Assembly: GCF_004010195.1 (NCBI RefSeq)
Contig: NC_057731.1
Location: 50,274,579-50,338,578 of the forward strand
Reading direction: 5' to 3'
Source of the DNA: Chiloscyllium plagiosum
Taxonomy: Eukaryota
DNA: 64,000 nucleotides
In this document: positions 1-12,090 of the stretch, one piece after another
Numbering within the stretch: the stretch's first letter is position 1
How the letters are laid out: each line of letters opens with the position of its first letter
Notes under the pieces: model-generated
Databases searched by the model: none
Told to the model about the DNA's origin: nothing
What the model saw: the letters and a program-made list of their open reading frames with translations, nothing else
Position numbers and translations under genes: made by a program

Positions 1-299
1 CCATGATCAAGTTGAATGGTGAAACAGCCTCATGGGGACAAATAGCCCAATCCTGCCTTAAGTCCTGTGCTCCAATTGTGAGGGGTAGTTTCAGCAGAGA
101 GTTGCTCAGTGCTAGGATTAAAACTAAAGGTTTTGTTATCAATGGATATGGGGTTGGAGGACATGAAGGGGCCCAGAAGGTCAGAGCTGAAAAAGCAAAT
201 GGCATGAGGTGGGTAGGAGTAGATGGGGTGGTGGGGAAGATTTTTAAATTATAATCAAAGACTGACAACCTGATTGGAAGGACTGGAAGCTGACTCCTT

Positions 300-737
300 C
301 AGTGAGAGAGCCTTTCTGAGTCTCTGTCTATGTTCCACCGCCAAACCACAACAACCCGCCGGTCGGAGGGGGAGCGTCTTATCTTCCGACTGGGAGCCCT
401 CCAACCACAGGGGATGAACTTGGACTTCACCAGTTTCTCCCTCCCCCCACCTTGTCTCAGCCGAGTCCCTCCCGCCCGGCACCGCCTTCCTGGCCTGCAG
501 TCTTCTTCTTGACCTCTCTGCCTCCATCCTACTCCGACCTATCACCCTCACCTTGACCTCTTTCCACCTATCACATTTCCAACGCCCCTCCTCCAAGTCC
601 CTCCTCCCTACCTTTTATCTTCTCCTGCTGAACACTCTCTGCTCATTCCTGAAGAAGGGCCTGTGCCCGAAACGTCGAATCTCCTGTTCCCTGGATGCTG
701 CCTGACCTGCTGTGCTGTTCCAGCAATAAAGTTTCAA
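300..737 (+). mobile_element. Penelope-like element 3' end (GIY-YIG tail plus pLTR)
   Basis: RRSEGERLIFRLGALQPQGMNLDFTSF is a typical PLE endonuclease C-terminus. It is followed by a pyrimidine-rich tract and the gatgctgcctgacctgctgtg terminal repeat seen in other copies. Confidence 0.8.
645..680 (+). ncRNA. Minimal type I hammerhead ribozyme motif (PLE-borne)
   Basis: ATTC-CTGAAGA-A-GGGC(CTGT)GCCC-GAAA-CGTC-GAAT. Full catalytic core, 4-bp stem II, palindromic ACGT stem III, GUC cleavage triplet, 4-bp stem I. Confidence 0.72.
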
Positions 738-871
738 CATACATCTGAGACAATCGTATACACTGATCACAACCCATTGACATTTGTGGGAAATGTAAGG
801 ACAAAAGGCCAGGCTGTTTAGATGAAGCTTGTTGCTGCAGCCATTCAATTTGACAATTGTGCATGTGGCAG

Positions 872-3830
872 ATCGACACCCACATCACTGACATCGATAG
901 CCATCTTAAAAGGTTTTGGGTAAACCGGTGTGGTTAATACTGGGGCAGTGGTTAATACAGTTTTTAGGTTGTCAAATACCTTTTGACAGACCGCTGTCCA
1001 CTGGAACTTCTTGCCCTTTTTTAACAATTCGGTGAGTGGAGCAGCTACACTGCGAAAGTTCAATACAAACTTCTGGTAAAATCCACTCAATCCCAGGAAC
1101 TTTTGTCGTTGATGGTGTGGGAAATTCCCCAATTACTTTCATTTTCTCATCCAATGGGGCCATTTGTCCATGTCCAATAACATGGCCCAGGAAGGTGACT
1201 TGGGCTTTGGCAAATTCACTTTTAGCCAGGTTTACCACCAAGTCTGCCTTCCGAAGTCGATCAAACAAGCGCAACAAATGCTGTAAATGTTCCTTCCATG
1301 AGTGACTAAAAATCACCAGTCATCAATATACACCACACAGTTGGGTAATCCAGCAATGACCTTATTAGCCAGTCTCTGAAATGTGGCTGGAGTGTTTTTC
1401 ATACCAAATGTCATGACTTTGAACTGATATAGTCCATTTGGCATTACGAAAGCCAAAATCGCCTTTGCTTTCTCTGACAGATGTACTTGCCAGTAGCCTC
1501 TGAGCAAGTCTAACTTAGAAATGTAAGTTGCTTGTCCCGCTTTTTCAACACAGTCCTTCAACCGTGGAATTGGATATGCACCAGTCTTTGTAATGGCGTT
1601 GACTTTGCAATAGTTCACAAATAACCATTGGTTACCATCTGCCTTTGGCACCATAACTATAGATGAGCTCCAATCACTGTAACTCATTTCAATTATGCCA
1701 TCTTGGAGCATATGCTCTATCTCCTTCTGAACTTGTGCCAACTTTAGAGGGTTATGCCTATAAGGATGTTGCTTAATTGGAACAGCATCTCTTATATCTA
1801 GATCATGCACAATTAGGTTAGTACTTCCCAGTTTTTTCAGCATATCTCCCCATGTGATAATAATAACTCTTTTAGGTCATTTCAATTTTCTTGTGGAAAG
1901 TAACTCAATAATTTATCCCAATTTTTGACAATTTCCTCATTGTCCGATTTAATTTGAGGAATATCCACTTCACAATCTGCTGAACTTGGTTCTTCCTTCT
2001 GTGCTGTAATCATGAACACCTTCTCCTCTTGCTTTCCCTCCCTATCAAAATACCTTTTGAGCAAATGCACATGACACACTCTGTGAGATTTCTTCCTGTC
2101 TGGAGTCCTTATCAAGTAGTTCACCCCACTCAATTTCATCTCTATTTAATACGGTCCACTAAACCCTGCTTTTAAAAGCTCACTTGTTACTGGAAGTGAC
2201 ATCAATACCTTACCCCCATTGCAAAATTGCAAATTTGTGATTTCTTATCCGTTTCTTGTTTCATTGTATGCTGTGATATTTTTAAATGTTGTCTAGCCAA
2301 CTCTCCAGCTCTATTTAATCATTCTCTAAAGTTTGACACATAGTCCAAATGGGTGGTCTCTGAATTCTGACTTATTAATTTCTCCTTAATCAACTTTAAT
2401 GGTCCTCTTACTTCATGCCCAAACTTTAATTCAAATGGACTGAATTTGATCGATTCATTCGCTGCATCTCTAATCGCAAGAAGTACAAATGGAACTTCCT
2501 TATCGTAATCATCTGGATACTCCTGACCATAAGCCCTCAATGTGGCCTTGTGTTTGATGCCATGTCTCTAGTGTTCCCTGTGATTCCAGGTTGTACACAG
2601 TAGATTTGAATTGCTTAATTTCCAAGTTATCCATAACCTCCTTGAATAGTTTGGATGTGAAGTTTGATCCTTGATCTGACTGGATCTCTATTGGCAGTCT
2701 GTGTCTAGTAAAAAATTTAAGTAATTCTTCTGTAACCCTTTTAACTGTGATGTTGCGAAATGGGATTGCCTCTAGAAATCTAGTTGACACATCCATTATT
2801 GTTAATCAATACTTATTCCCACTTTTTGTTTGAGGTAGAGGACCTATGTAATCAATCAAGACTATTGTGAAAGGTTTTTCAAATGCTGGAATAGATATTA
2901 AAGGTGCAGGTTTTATTACTGCCTGTGGTTTGCTGATTAGCTGGCATGTATGACATGTCTGGCAAAATTCAATCACTACTTTGTGTAGTCCAGGCTAGTA
3001 GAAGTAGCTTTGTATTTTATCCTGTGTTTTCCTCACCCCTAAATGACCTCCAAGTGGTAGCTCATGCGCCATTCGCAGCACCTGCTTCTAATACTGTACT
3101 GGTAAAACAATTTGATGAATCTCTGCCCATTTCTCATCAGCTTGAATGTGTAATGGTCTCCATTTCTTCATTAAGACATCACTTGTTAAGTAATAACATA
3201 CAGGAATGCATTCACTTTCTTTCTCAGTAAATTCCTTTTCATATAACCTTTTTAACTTCTCATCTTTCTGCTGTAATTCAATCAGTTCAGCAGAGCTAAA
3301 AATACAGGCAACTTTACCTATTTGTTCCTTCTCTGTTCCACTTTTCTGATCAAAGAGAGTTTCGGAAAATGCTATGTCAGCTTTCTTATCTGTGCCATTT
3401 GATCTCTCCTGCTTCAGTTTGTGTCTCTGTGATCGTGTGATCACACAATCAGGGAAAATTCCTGGATAAATATTCTCCATGTCTCCAGTTGCCTGCGTCT
3501 CCACTAGCTTTTCAACTAGAGTTGGCAGCACTCCTACTGGTGAATCAGCGATATCATTTGCAAGGGCAAATTGTATTCCTGCAGCTGCAGGTTTATCCAG
3601 TACTCCTATCACATATTCTCCACTCTTCTCTGGACTCTCAAGCCTCACTTTACATAACTGAGCACTTTTTGTCTCACCATAAATTCCTGTTATCAGTGCC
3701 TTCTCTGGCAATAGTCTCTCAGGAGTGCATATCTCCTCATCCTTCAGCTTTACAGACTGATAGGATGCTGTGTCCCTTAATATTGTAACCTCCTTACCTA
3801 TTACTCCTGGCCTACGTGAATAAACTCTAC
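872..3830 (-). pseudogene. Disrupted pol in PR-IN-RT-RH order
   Basis: ORF fragments 3088-3711 (PR and linker), 2509-2796, 2319-2540 and 1882-2139 (IN), 1313-1843, 972-1316 and 845-1132 (RT to RH). Confidence 0.9.
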
Positions 3831-3994
3831 ACTTGCATGTATATGTTTTAAGCAGATCTGGCCCTTCCTCCTTAATTAACCTCTGATCATCTTGTACACT
3901 CTGAGGCAGTTATCTAACTTCTCTTGTGCTTTTTGTTACTAGTCCAACAAAATTCCCAGGCTTGTCTGGTTTTCATACATCTGGCTTTCTCCTA

Positions 3995-5190
3995 GCCCAC
4001 CAACACTGTGATTTTATGTGGCCTGCTTTATTACAATGAAAACACCACAGCTTTTAAATTTCTTTGTACCCCTCAAGGGTTTCTTTCTTATCCTGTGGTA
4101 AGTTATCCTTATGATCTTCACTGAGATCTACCTTCCCTTTACACGTGAGGATTTCTCTTTGCCTCCAATTTCTATCCCTCATGGACTGAAATTGATTCTG
4201 GAAGCCAAACCGAGTTTTATGGACCAGCTCATAATCATCAGCCACTTCAGCTGCTAATCTTCCTGTTTTAAGTCTCTGCTCTTTCACATGAGTTTGCACT
4301 ATTTCAGGCAGTGAGTTTTTGAATTCCTCCAAAATGTTTACCTCTCTAAGGGCCTCATAGGTTTGCTCGATTTTTAAAGCTCTTTTCCATCGATTGAAAT
4401 TACTATGCTTGATCCTTTCAAACTCAATATAGGTTTGACCAGGGTCCCTCCTTAGATTCCTGAAACATTGTCTGTTGGCTTCTGGTACAAGCTCATATGC
4501 ACTTAAAATGACTTTTTTCACCTCGTCATACTGCCCAGATACATTTTCTGATAAGGATGTGAATACCTCACTAGCCCTACCTATACTTTTCAGTTGGATC
4601 AACAAAAACCACATTGCCACTGGCCACTGCATTTGTTTAGCCACCTTTTCAAATTAGATAAAAATGGCTTCCACATCCTTCTCATCAAATTTAGGCAATG
4701 CTTGAACATACTTCAACAGTTTCTCATTGGGTTTCTGACTACCAGTGGCTTGCTCATCCTCACTTTCTTCCTCACTAAGCCTATCTTCAGCCTTTATCTG
4801 CAGCCTTTTATGTTGACTTTCCTTTTTAAGTGTCAGTTTTTGAAGTTCAAAAGCTCTTTCTCCTTCTCTCTGTTCTGCTGCTCTCTTTTTCTCTCTGTTC
4901 TGCAGCTCTCTCTTTTTTCCTCTCTTCTGCTTTTAATCGTAACTCAAACTGCTTCATTTCTGCTGCCCTTTCCTTATCTCTAGCCTCTAACTCAAGCTGC
5001 TTCATTTGCAATCGAATTTTTGCCATCTCTATAGATTCTGATGGTTTCTCCAGCAAGCAGGCAGTTCCAATTCCAGCTTCTCTGCTAATTCTTGCAACTT
5101 GGCCTTATTCGCTTGTTGCAAAATTTCCAAAGTCACCGCGTCCACATCCAGAAAGCTTTTGGCAACTGAAAGAGCCGTTACTATCCCAAG
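3995..5190 (-). pseudogene. Disrupted gag (coiled coil, SCAN-like capsid, zinc knuckle)
   Basis: ORFs 5029-5265, 4847-5056 and 4054-4644 (YDEVKKVILSAYELVPEANRQCFR...LEEFKNSLP...AAEVADDY), plus the CCHC knuckle in a shifted frame. Confidence 0.85.
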
Positions 5191-5256
5191 CTTTGACTGC
5201 CCAACCAAACCAACACCCAAAATAAACACACTAGCACCTACCACTGGATTTTTAAA

Positions 5257-5275
5257 ATCCCGCAAAGAGCCCCCA
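5257..5275 (-). other. Primer-binding site, tRNA-Pro type
   Basis: TGGGGGCTCTTTGCGGGAT compared with the tRNA-Pro 3' complement TGGGGGCTCGTCCGGGAT, located 3 nt after the LTR end. Confidence 0.75.
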
Positions 5276-5278
5276 ATT

Positions 5279-5911
5279 TGTTATTGACTAGGCCAGGCCA
5301 CTCAAAACATTCTTAAGCAGGCAGTCCCAGACCATAACTTTGCAATTTGTTTCAGTAAGTGTACATTGAAAATTACCTGGAGTAAGTTAGCCAGATTGAC
5401 TACTAGATTTTAAAAACAGACGAAACTTTATTCACAAAGTTACACAATGAAACACAAAGAACAGAATAAAGAACCCGTACAGAACTCAATCTATCCAACA
5501 AGACTTAATTATCCTGTTCCGAATATACATAACAGTCCCAATAATCAAACTCCTTTTAAAAACCAGTATAAATATTTGAAGTTGAAGGGTAGAAGAGAGA
5601 CAGAGTTTACGTACAGCTCCCTGTTGAACTTCCCAGTTCAAGACTGAACTAAAACTGTTCAGCCCAGCTAAAGAACTGATCACTCCCCTTTCATTACACA
5701 GGTAACTTCTAAATAAAAGACCACTTTGGCCCGAAGTCTCATCTGTTTGCATATAAACAAAAGGCCTTCTCAAAATCCTTTTTATCTCTGTATCAAACCA
5801 GACTGATTGGAGCCTGGCCTGGTTTATTGCCCCTCCGAAAAATATCAAGGACAGAGTCTCCTTGAGCCAAGGAACAGCTTTTAGAAATAAAAAGGGACTA
5901 GCTTTGTGACA
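5279..5911 (-). repeat. 5' LTR of the Gmr1-type element (633 bp)
   Basis: On the minus strand it begins TGTCAC and ends ATAACA (TG...CA termini), with the PBS 3 nt downstream. Confidence 0.8.
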
Positions 5912-8900
5912 AAAAACAAGCCCTTATGTAACCAATAAGTTCCCAAGAGTTACACTTTGCCTTTGAGTTGCAATAAAATTATAACTAATTCAATCTCTGA
6001 AACAGAACAGTTCAAACTTCAATTTTCCAATTTATATTTCCATAAAATATATGTCATCCTTACATTCCTGCATGCTTGGAGAGATGAAACACCATTTGAA
6101 ATGCATTTCACCATGAGGTAAAGTTAACATATATACAACAAAACATGCACAAAATTATATTCATTCATCCTCATTCACTCTTTATGTAAACGTTTGTGCA
6201 ATTTCTTGTCACTATTTCTTCTTCTTTCTACCTACTCCAGAATCATAACATGCTTAATTATGCAATTATATTTTTCTTTCCAGCAATATGAACAATTTTT
6301 ACATTTTAAGGTTGAATTCACCATTGGAGCAATCTCATATTTGAAGTTTTAACTTTCTCAACAAAAGCTAAGGGATGATGGCTAATTAGTATAAGTGTTT
6401 CTTTGTGATTATGATGGACACGATCAACAAAAATTTCAAAGCCAGTAACATTCTCTGAGTCATTTATTCCACAGCAGATTTTTTATCCTGATACTGGTTT
6501 AAGTTCTTAGAAAGATACCCCATTGGTTTCTTGTTCCTGATTAATTATCTTACAGAGAGATATTTGAACTACCTTCAGGTCATTAGTATCAATTGCCATT
6601 TTAATAGTTTAACGCATTCAGGGACAGCCAACACTAGTTCATTTATTAGGGCTGCCTTCAGTTTCCCAAAAGTTAGATCAGCTCATGGTTGTCAGCCATT
6701 CCTACTGCCTATCTTACTTTGCAATCCTGTGATCTTCAGCATGGGTTCTAATTATTAAATATATTGGGTTTTTGAACTTTCTAAGTGATAGTTTCTGAGA
6801 GCTTTCTAAGTGACAGTTATTCCTATTAGCTCTACTCATAGAATTCCTACAATGTGAAAGCAAGCCATGCAGCCCATCAAGTCCACACTGATTCTCCAAA
6901 CAGAAGCCCACCCAGACCCACTAGCCTATCCAGCACCCTGCATTTCCCATGCTTAACCTACCTCGACTGCACATTCCTGGGTACTATGGGCAACTTTGTA
7001 TGGCCATTCCACCTAACCTGCACATTTCTGGACTGTGGGAGGAAACCAGAGCACCTGGACGGAACCCACACAGTGACAGAGAGAATGTGCAAATTCCACA
7101 CAGTCACCCGAGCATGGAATTGAACTGGCTCCCTAGTGTTATGAGGCAGCAGTGCTAGCCACTGAGTTGCCATGCCACCCTGTGGCTTACCCATGAGACT
7201 TTGCTTTGCCCTTGTAAATTCAGTCTAAGTATTGCCATACTATTTGCTTAAGTTTGAGACTTTTGGCTGTATACTTTATGAATGAACTCATGTGGACCCA
7301 GTCAAGCTGTTTTTAAAGCATCATAATCCAAAGAAACACCCTCTGACAGTGATGCATGAATCTCATTGAGCCCTGCCAATCAACCTGCTTTGTGGGGGCA
7401 GTGTCCAGCTTTCCTTTAGTCATTTCATTTATTTTGCTACCATTTCAAAAACATAAAGAATGACTCAACATCCTCTTCCATTGTGTTTGACAGCACCTTT
7501 ATAAATTTAAACATTTTCTTTTATGATTCAGACTAAGGTTTTCTGCATTAGAATATTTTTTTACATCTGAGCTGTCTTTTTTGACTGCAGCTTTCTAAGC
7601 CACTATTCTTTTCTTGTTCTATGTCTCTTTCTTTCTTCCCCTCTCTTTCCCTTTGTACTTCATGCTCCAGCCTCTTAATTCTTTTTCCTGTTCCTTTTCC
7701 TCTAGTTCTTTTTCTTTTTTTTCTGGACCCCCGAATCTCTTCAGTTCCAATTCCCTTTCAATTGTTTCAATTTCCTTTTGCACTGCAAACTGGTTTAATT
7801 CTTTCATGTGTTCAAATTGGTTTAATGCCAAATGAATTTTTGTTAACTCAGTTGACTCACCACTTAATGTACTTAGTTCTGCTTGTATTTCCACCCATCC
7901 CAAATGGTGTGCTGATATTTTAGTTATCTCTGCCTTGTTAGCTTTTACAGGACATTCCACCTATGACTCCTTTGCCAATTCAACAGCCTTAACTTTAGTC
8001 AGAACTTGTAAATCAGTCAGGAATATCTACTCAACCTGCCAGGCAGTTTTTGTTGCTTCCAATGTCATCTTATTTTGCTATATGAGAAGCCTAGTATCTG
8101 TCATTTTATTCTTTACCAATCAAACTTATTCCACATCTAATCTCAATATTGTTCATATTCAAAGATTGCACTGAACCCCTAAACTCCTGTCATGATCATG
8201 ATAAGAAAACTGTAATGGGAATGAAGCCTCACTAACTCAGGGGTAATTGTAAATGTGAAATACGACCAAGTTAATCACCAAGATAGTTAATGTGACCATT
8301 ATCTAAGAAAAAAGAAATTTGCAGTACTTATTGTCAAATAACAAGAAAACAAACACAGATCTTATTATTATCACAAACGTATCCTCTAACACTTGGCAAA
8401 ATCAATTATTAATTTAAAATGTGCAAAGTTAGGCTATGCCTTTTAAATTCAAGCAAGCACGCAGTCATTATAGGATAATAGTACCAATAGGATGGACAGG
8501 ACAGATGAGACAAACAGTTTTTCCAGAGCATTGTGGTTGAGGAAGAAGTGAACAAATTCTGTGAACCAAGAATTCAAACCACAAGGGGAAATTAGATGAC
8601 TTTTCTCACAATACGTTTTGAATTTTGGTGGTGATATCAAGTTGCTGTTGAGCATGGCAATCTTCAATTTGGTCATCGGCGAGTTGGACCCTGGTCTTGG
8701 CTTGATTTAACAGTTTTCCCATTGCAGAATGTTTGAGTGTTAAGTCTTTTCCACTGACAGAAGAGAGAGGCAGAGAGTCCTGCCTTGCTTGCAGAGTTTT
8801 TGCCATCTGAGAGATAGGCTGCTTTCTCCGTTCACCTCTAAAGCAATTTGCCACTTAAAGCCAATCCAAAAGCAATTGCTGAGTAATTTCTCTTTTTTCA

Positions 8901-9030
8901 ACCCCAATGATTCCCAGTACCTGCTTATGTATTAAATCTAGCTTCTGAAAAAAATGTCCTTGCATAACCAATAAGTGACTACAGAGTTGCACATTTCCCT
9001 TGAATTGCAATAAAAAATGTCATCCTTGTT
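5912..9030 (-). mobile_element. Older, internally deleted Gmr1-like LTR element
   Basis: Degenerate gag at ~6680-8070 (QSRLIGRA..SLSEGVSLDYDALK; KFKNPIYLIIRTHAED..MADNHEL). RNase H C-terminus at ~6245-6530 (KPMGYLSK..HHPLAFVEK..RLLQW..IVHIAGKKNIIA). Similar LTR-like sequences at 5920-6064 and 8955-9027. Confidence 0.7.
6835..7190 (-). mobile_element. V-SINE (HE1-like)
   Basis: tRNA-derived head (TGGCAACTCAGTGG A box, GTTCAATTCC B box), V-domain TGTGTGGAATTTGCACATTCTC...GGTTTCCTCCCACAGTCC, and a CR1-derived tail. Inserted into the older gag. Confidence 0.85.
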
Positions 9031-9169
9031 TGAACGTGATGGACTGAAGGGCCTTAGTTTGTGCAGTAGATCTCCAAGACTCCATGATTCTATGACACTT
9101 CAACAAAGTAACCCAAACTTCCATTTTCCAGATAGTTTCAAATAAAAAAAATGTGGTATTCACAATAGG

Positions 9170-9528
9170 ACCACAGGAACATTGGACCTGGAGTAGGTAA
9201 TTCAGCCCTCCAAGCTTCCTCTGCCATTCTAGATCATGGTTCATCACCTACCTTAGTGGCATTTGCCCATGCTATTTCCATATTCCTCAGCGACTTTAGA
9301 ACCAGACTTGTGCACTGTTCACAGTTCTGCATAAGCTGCAATGACCTTACATGGTTCATTAGGTTAGAACAGTGTTCCTTATTTAAAAAAGAAGTTTTTA
9401 AAAAAATAATGCATGTCTCAGGGATCTCCAGTGGAGAGAACAGTTTCAATAGAAACCTACATAGCTAATGAGATTAAGGGTTATGGAGATGGTGCAGGTA
9501 GGTGGCATTGAGATGATCAGTCATGAGG
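9170..9528. mobile_element. CR1 LINE 3'-end fragments
   Basis: GGAGTAGG..ATTCAGCCCTC..GATCATGG tail on the minus strand and AAGGGTTATGG..GAGATGATCAG on the plus strand. Confidence 0.5.
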
Positions 9529-9529
9529 C

Positions 9530-9703
9530 TGAAACAAAAACAGAAATTGTTGGAGAAACTCAACAGGTCTGGCAGCATCTGTGGAGAGAAAGCAGAGTTA
9601 ATGTCTCTACTCCAGTGATAACTCTGCTTTCAGTCCACAGATGCTGCCAGACCTGTTCAGTTTCTACGGCAAATTCTGTTTTTGTTTCAAATTTACAGTA
9701 TCC
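9530..9703. mobile_element. Penelope-derived fold-back (inverted pLTR), family B
   Basis: Inverted arms of about 70 bp at 9530-9601 and 9620-9689 (caggtctggcagcatctgtgga / tccacagatgctgccagacctg). Confidence 0.8.
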
Positions 9704-9899
9704 ATGAGATTGGTTTGACAGGCTGATTGTGCTAACACTGTTCCTTTAGTGCTCTACAGGCGGGATTATGAACTGATCATAGGTGGGTCATTTTAATGCA
9801 CTGCTCGTTCTAACATCATGACATTGTGGTCACTGTATGGTGAATCTTGATGTGAAGCAATGGCCTGGGCTTCTATTTCAGACACAGGTTGATATATAT

Positions 9900-10245
9900 A
9901 TGGGGTGTAGGTTTGCTCGCTGATATCCAGATGTTTCATTACCTGGCTAGGTAACACCATCAGTGGCAACCTCCAAGTGAAGCGAAGCTGTTGTCTCCTG
10001 CTTTCTATTTATATGTTTGTCCTGGATGGGGTTCCTGGGATTTGTGGTGATGTCGTTTCCTGTTCGTTTTCTGAGGGGTTGATAGATGGTATCTAGATCT
10101 ATGTGTTTGTTTATGGCATTGTGGTTGGAGTGCCAGGCCTCTAGGAATTCTCTGGCATGTCTTTGCTTAGCCTGTCCCAGGATAGATGTGTTGTCCCAGT
10201 CGAAATGGTGTTTTTTTCATCCGTGTGTAGGGCTATGAGGGAGAC
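9900..10245 (-). mobile_element. Penelope-like (Poseidon-type) element 3' end
   Basis: Minus-strand translation HHFDWDNTSILGQAKQRHAREFLEAWHSNHNAINKHIDLD is a GIY-YIG C-terminus. Degenerate hammerhead core CTGATGG-TGTTACCT..AGGTAAT-GAAACATC at ~9929-9963. Confidence 0.8.
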
Positions 10246-11146
10246 AAATCTTGCAATATAGATTATATATATATAGTCTTTTTGACCCAATTGGCATAAT
10301 TTTCCCCTTATAGTCGTTGTGTGGATAAGTAGCCGACTGATGTATATGTTCGAGAGAAGGCGACTGTGTGTCAGTTGTTTGCAAGTGCGTATGTGTACAG
10401 ACACGCTGTCTCTGCAAGTTTTTGATTTGAGTTTTTTTTAGTGAGTACCTGGGTGAGTTTGTGGGTGACAGTGTGATAATGAGTGTATGTGAGGGAGTTG
10501 TTTGCGTGATTGTTTGCGGGTTTGTATTGTGTACGGGGACAGAGTTGCATGTGTGTGTGTCTGTGTGGACAGGGCGGAGTGTAGGGACGTTACATTTATA
10601 ATTGAGAATGGTAAAAGTATACGGAGGTTGTTAAGTAGGGACCCGGAGGAATTATATTAAAAATAGAGAGTATTTCACTTTAATAGTGAAAATTCAGAGA
10701 GGGAACAGCAAATAACCGAGATAGCTGTAGTTCCAAGGTAAGCCTTATCCTTCGCTCAGCAACCGCTGTTCCCAACACACCCGGGGCGATGCAGATCGAT
10801 TCCAACTTCAAACCAAAGGGATTGACACATGGATCAAGGTCACCACGAGCTGTAGTATTTACATTTTTCTGTCCAAGACTTCAAGCTAGTGTTGTTCTCC
10901 TGAGAGAGACTCCCTGTAGGGAGTGCAAAGTAGGAAAGGAAGCTGCACTTGCAACTACGTTGAGTCACGATCCTCTGTCCTGGCAACAAAATATGTTCAT
11001 AGGTATGTTCACAGTGTTGCTGGCGTGGACTGTTCCTTTCTGATGCAGGAAGCTGGATCGGTTTGATTAGGTTTCACATCGCGTTGACAACTCAAGGTGA
11101 AGTCACATCTTCCTAACATTCAATCGGTTGAGGAATAATCGACAGA

Positions 11147-11381
11147 NNNNNNNNNNNNNNNNNNNNNNNNNNNNNNNNNNNNNNNNNNNNNNNNNNNNNN
11201 NNNNNNNNNNNNNNNNNNNNNNNNNNNNNNNNNNNNNNNNNNNNNNNNNNNNNNNNNNNNNNNNNNNNNNNNNNNNNNNNNNNNNNNNNNNNNNNNNNNN
11301 NNNNNNNNNNNNNNNNNNNNNNNNNNNNNNNNNNNNNNNNNNNNNNNNNNNNNNNNNNNNNNNNNNNNNNNNNNNNNNNNN
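11147..11381. other. Assembly gap (235 N)
   Basis: Run of N. Confidence 1.
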
Positions 11382-11399
11382 NCAGTCTTTTTCATTATG

Positions 11400-12090
11400 T
11401 TCCCTTATGGACATTGTCATTGATCCAATTGTATGTACTTGCTTCTTTAGTACAGGGAGAAATTTGACTTGCAATCCCCAGTCTGATACTTGTTTTAAAT
11501 ATTCTGCACAGCGGGATTGCTGCTGGTAAATGTCAGACTTGTACCTGGCATATGTTGAATTGATGTAAGTATCACAAACTACCAGATAATCAATGCTGAA
11601 AAAAGATATATTTTTGTCTTGCACTTAACAGGACAATTCACAAGAAATGCCAAATACTGTAAGAGAAGCGATTAGTGATTGTCTAGCAAGTGAATTCTAT
11701 TTAGGGATGTTGCCATAGAGAATGCACCAATTAATGATGGTTGACAGTTAACTGTAAAACTTTGTTTAGGTTTTAAAAAAGAAATGGTAATTCTGATTAG
11801 TCAAGGCATTGACCCTGTGAACTAAACTGTAGCCAGTTATTTTGTTGAGTTGAAACAGGTGCAATGTCTGTACATGTTTGTTTTTCTTTCTGTCTCACTG
11901 CAAAGAACTGGCTCTGTACATTAATATATATACTTCAGTACACAAAAGTGAACCATATTGCAAGCCTGGCTGATAATGCTAAATTGGTTTGCAAAGTGAT
12001 TATTCATACATTCAAGCAAATATTGTCCAGAAATTGTGGAAACACGTCTAATATTAAGAACTGCGCAGTGAGCTTTGCAAGCACAAGTTA
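11400..12090 (-). mobile_element. Decayed Penelope-like element 3' end (third family)
   Basis: Minus strand 11860-12040 reads as a degenerate GQYLL..NQFSIISQACNMVH..EVYIN..PVLC..HVQTLHLF, a PLE endonuclease tail, followed by a pLTR-like segment. Confidence 0.6.

Larger units (their letters stand above)
738..5911 (-). mobile_element. Gmr1-type Ty3/Gypsy LTR retrotransposon, decayed and 3' truncated
   Basis: In transcription order: LTR, PBS, gag with CCHC knuckle (CFHCNKAGHIKSQC, ~4001-4045), protease (ILRDTA, ~3770), integrase (AHELPLGGH..CQTCHTC; IDYIGPLP; SDQGSNFTS; GPY ~2150), RT (PFKVMTFGM-like block, YIDD ~1320), RNase H start (AIDVSDVG ~880). Many stops and frameshifts. Confidence 0.92.

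Noticed and set aside
7110-7185. tRNA-like A/B boxes as a tRNA gene
   Set aside because: It is the head of a V-SINE and cannot form a complete cloverleaf.
11103-11624. ORFs spanning the N run
   Set aside because: Artefacts of the assembly gap.
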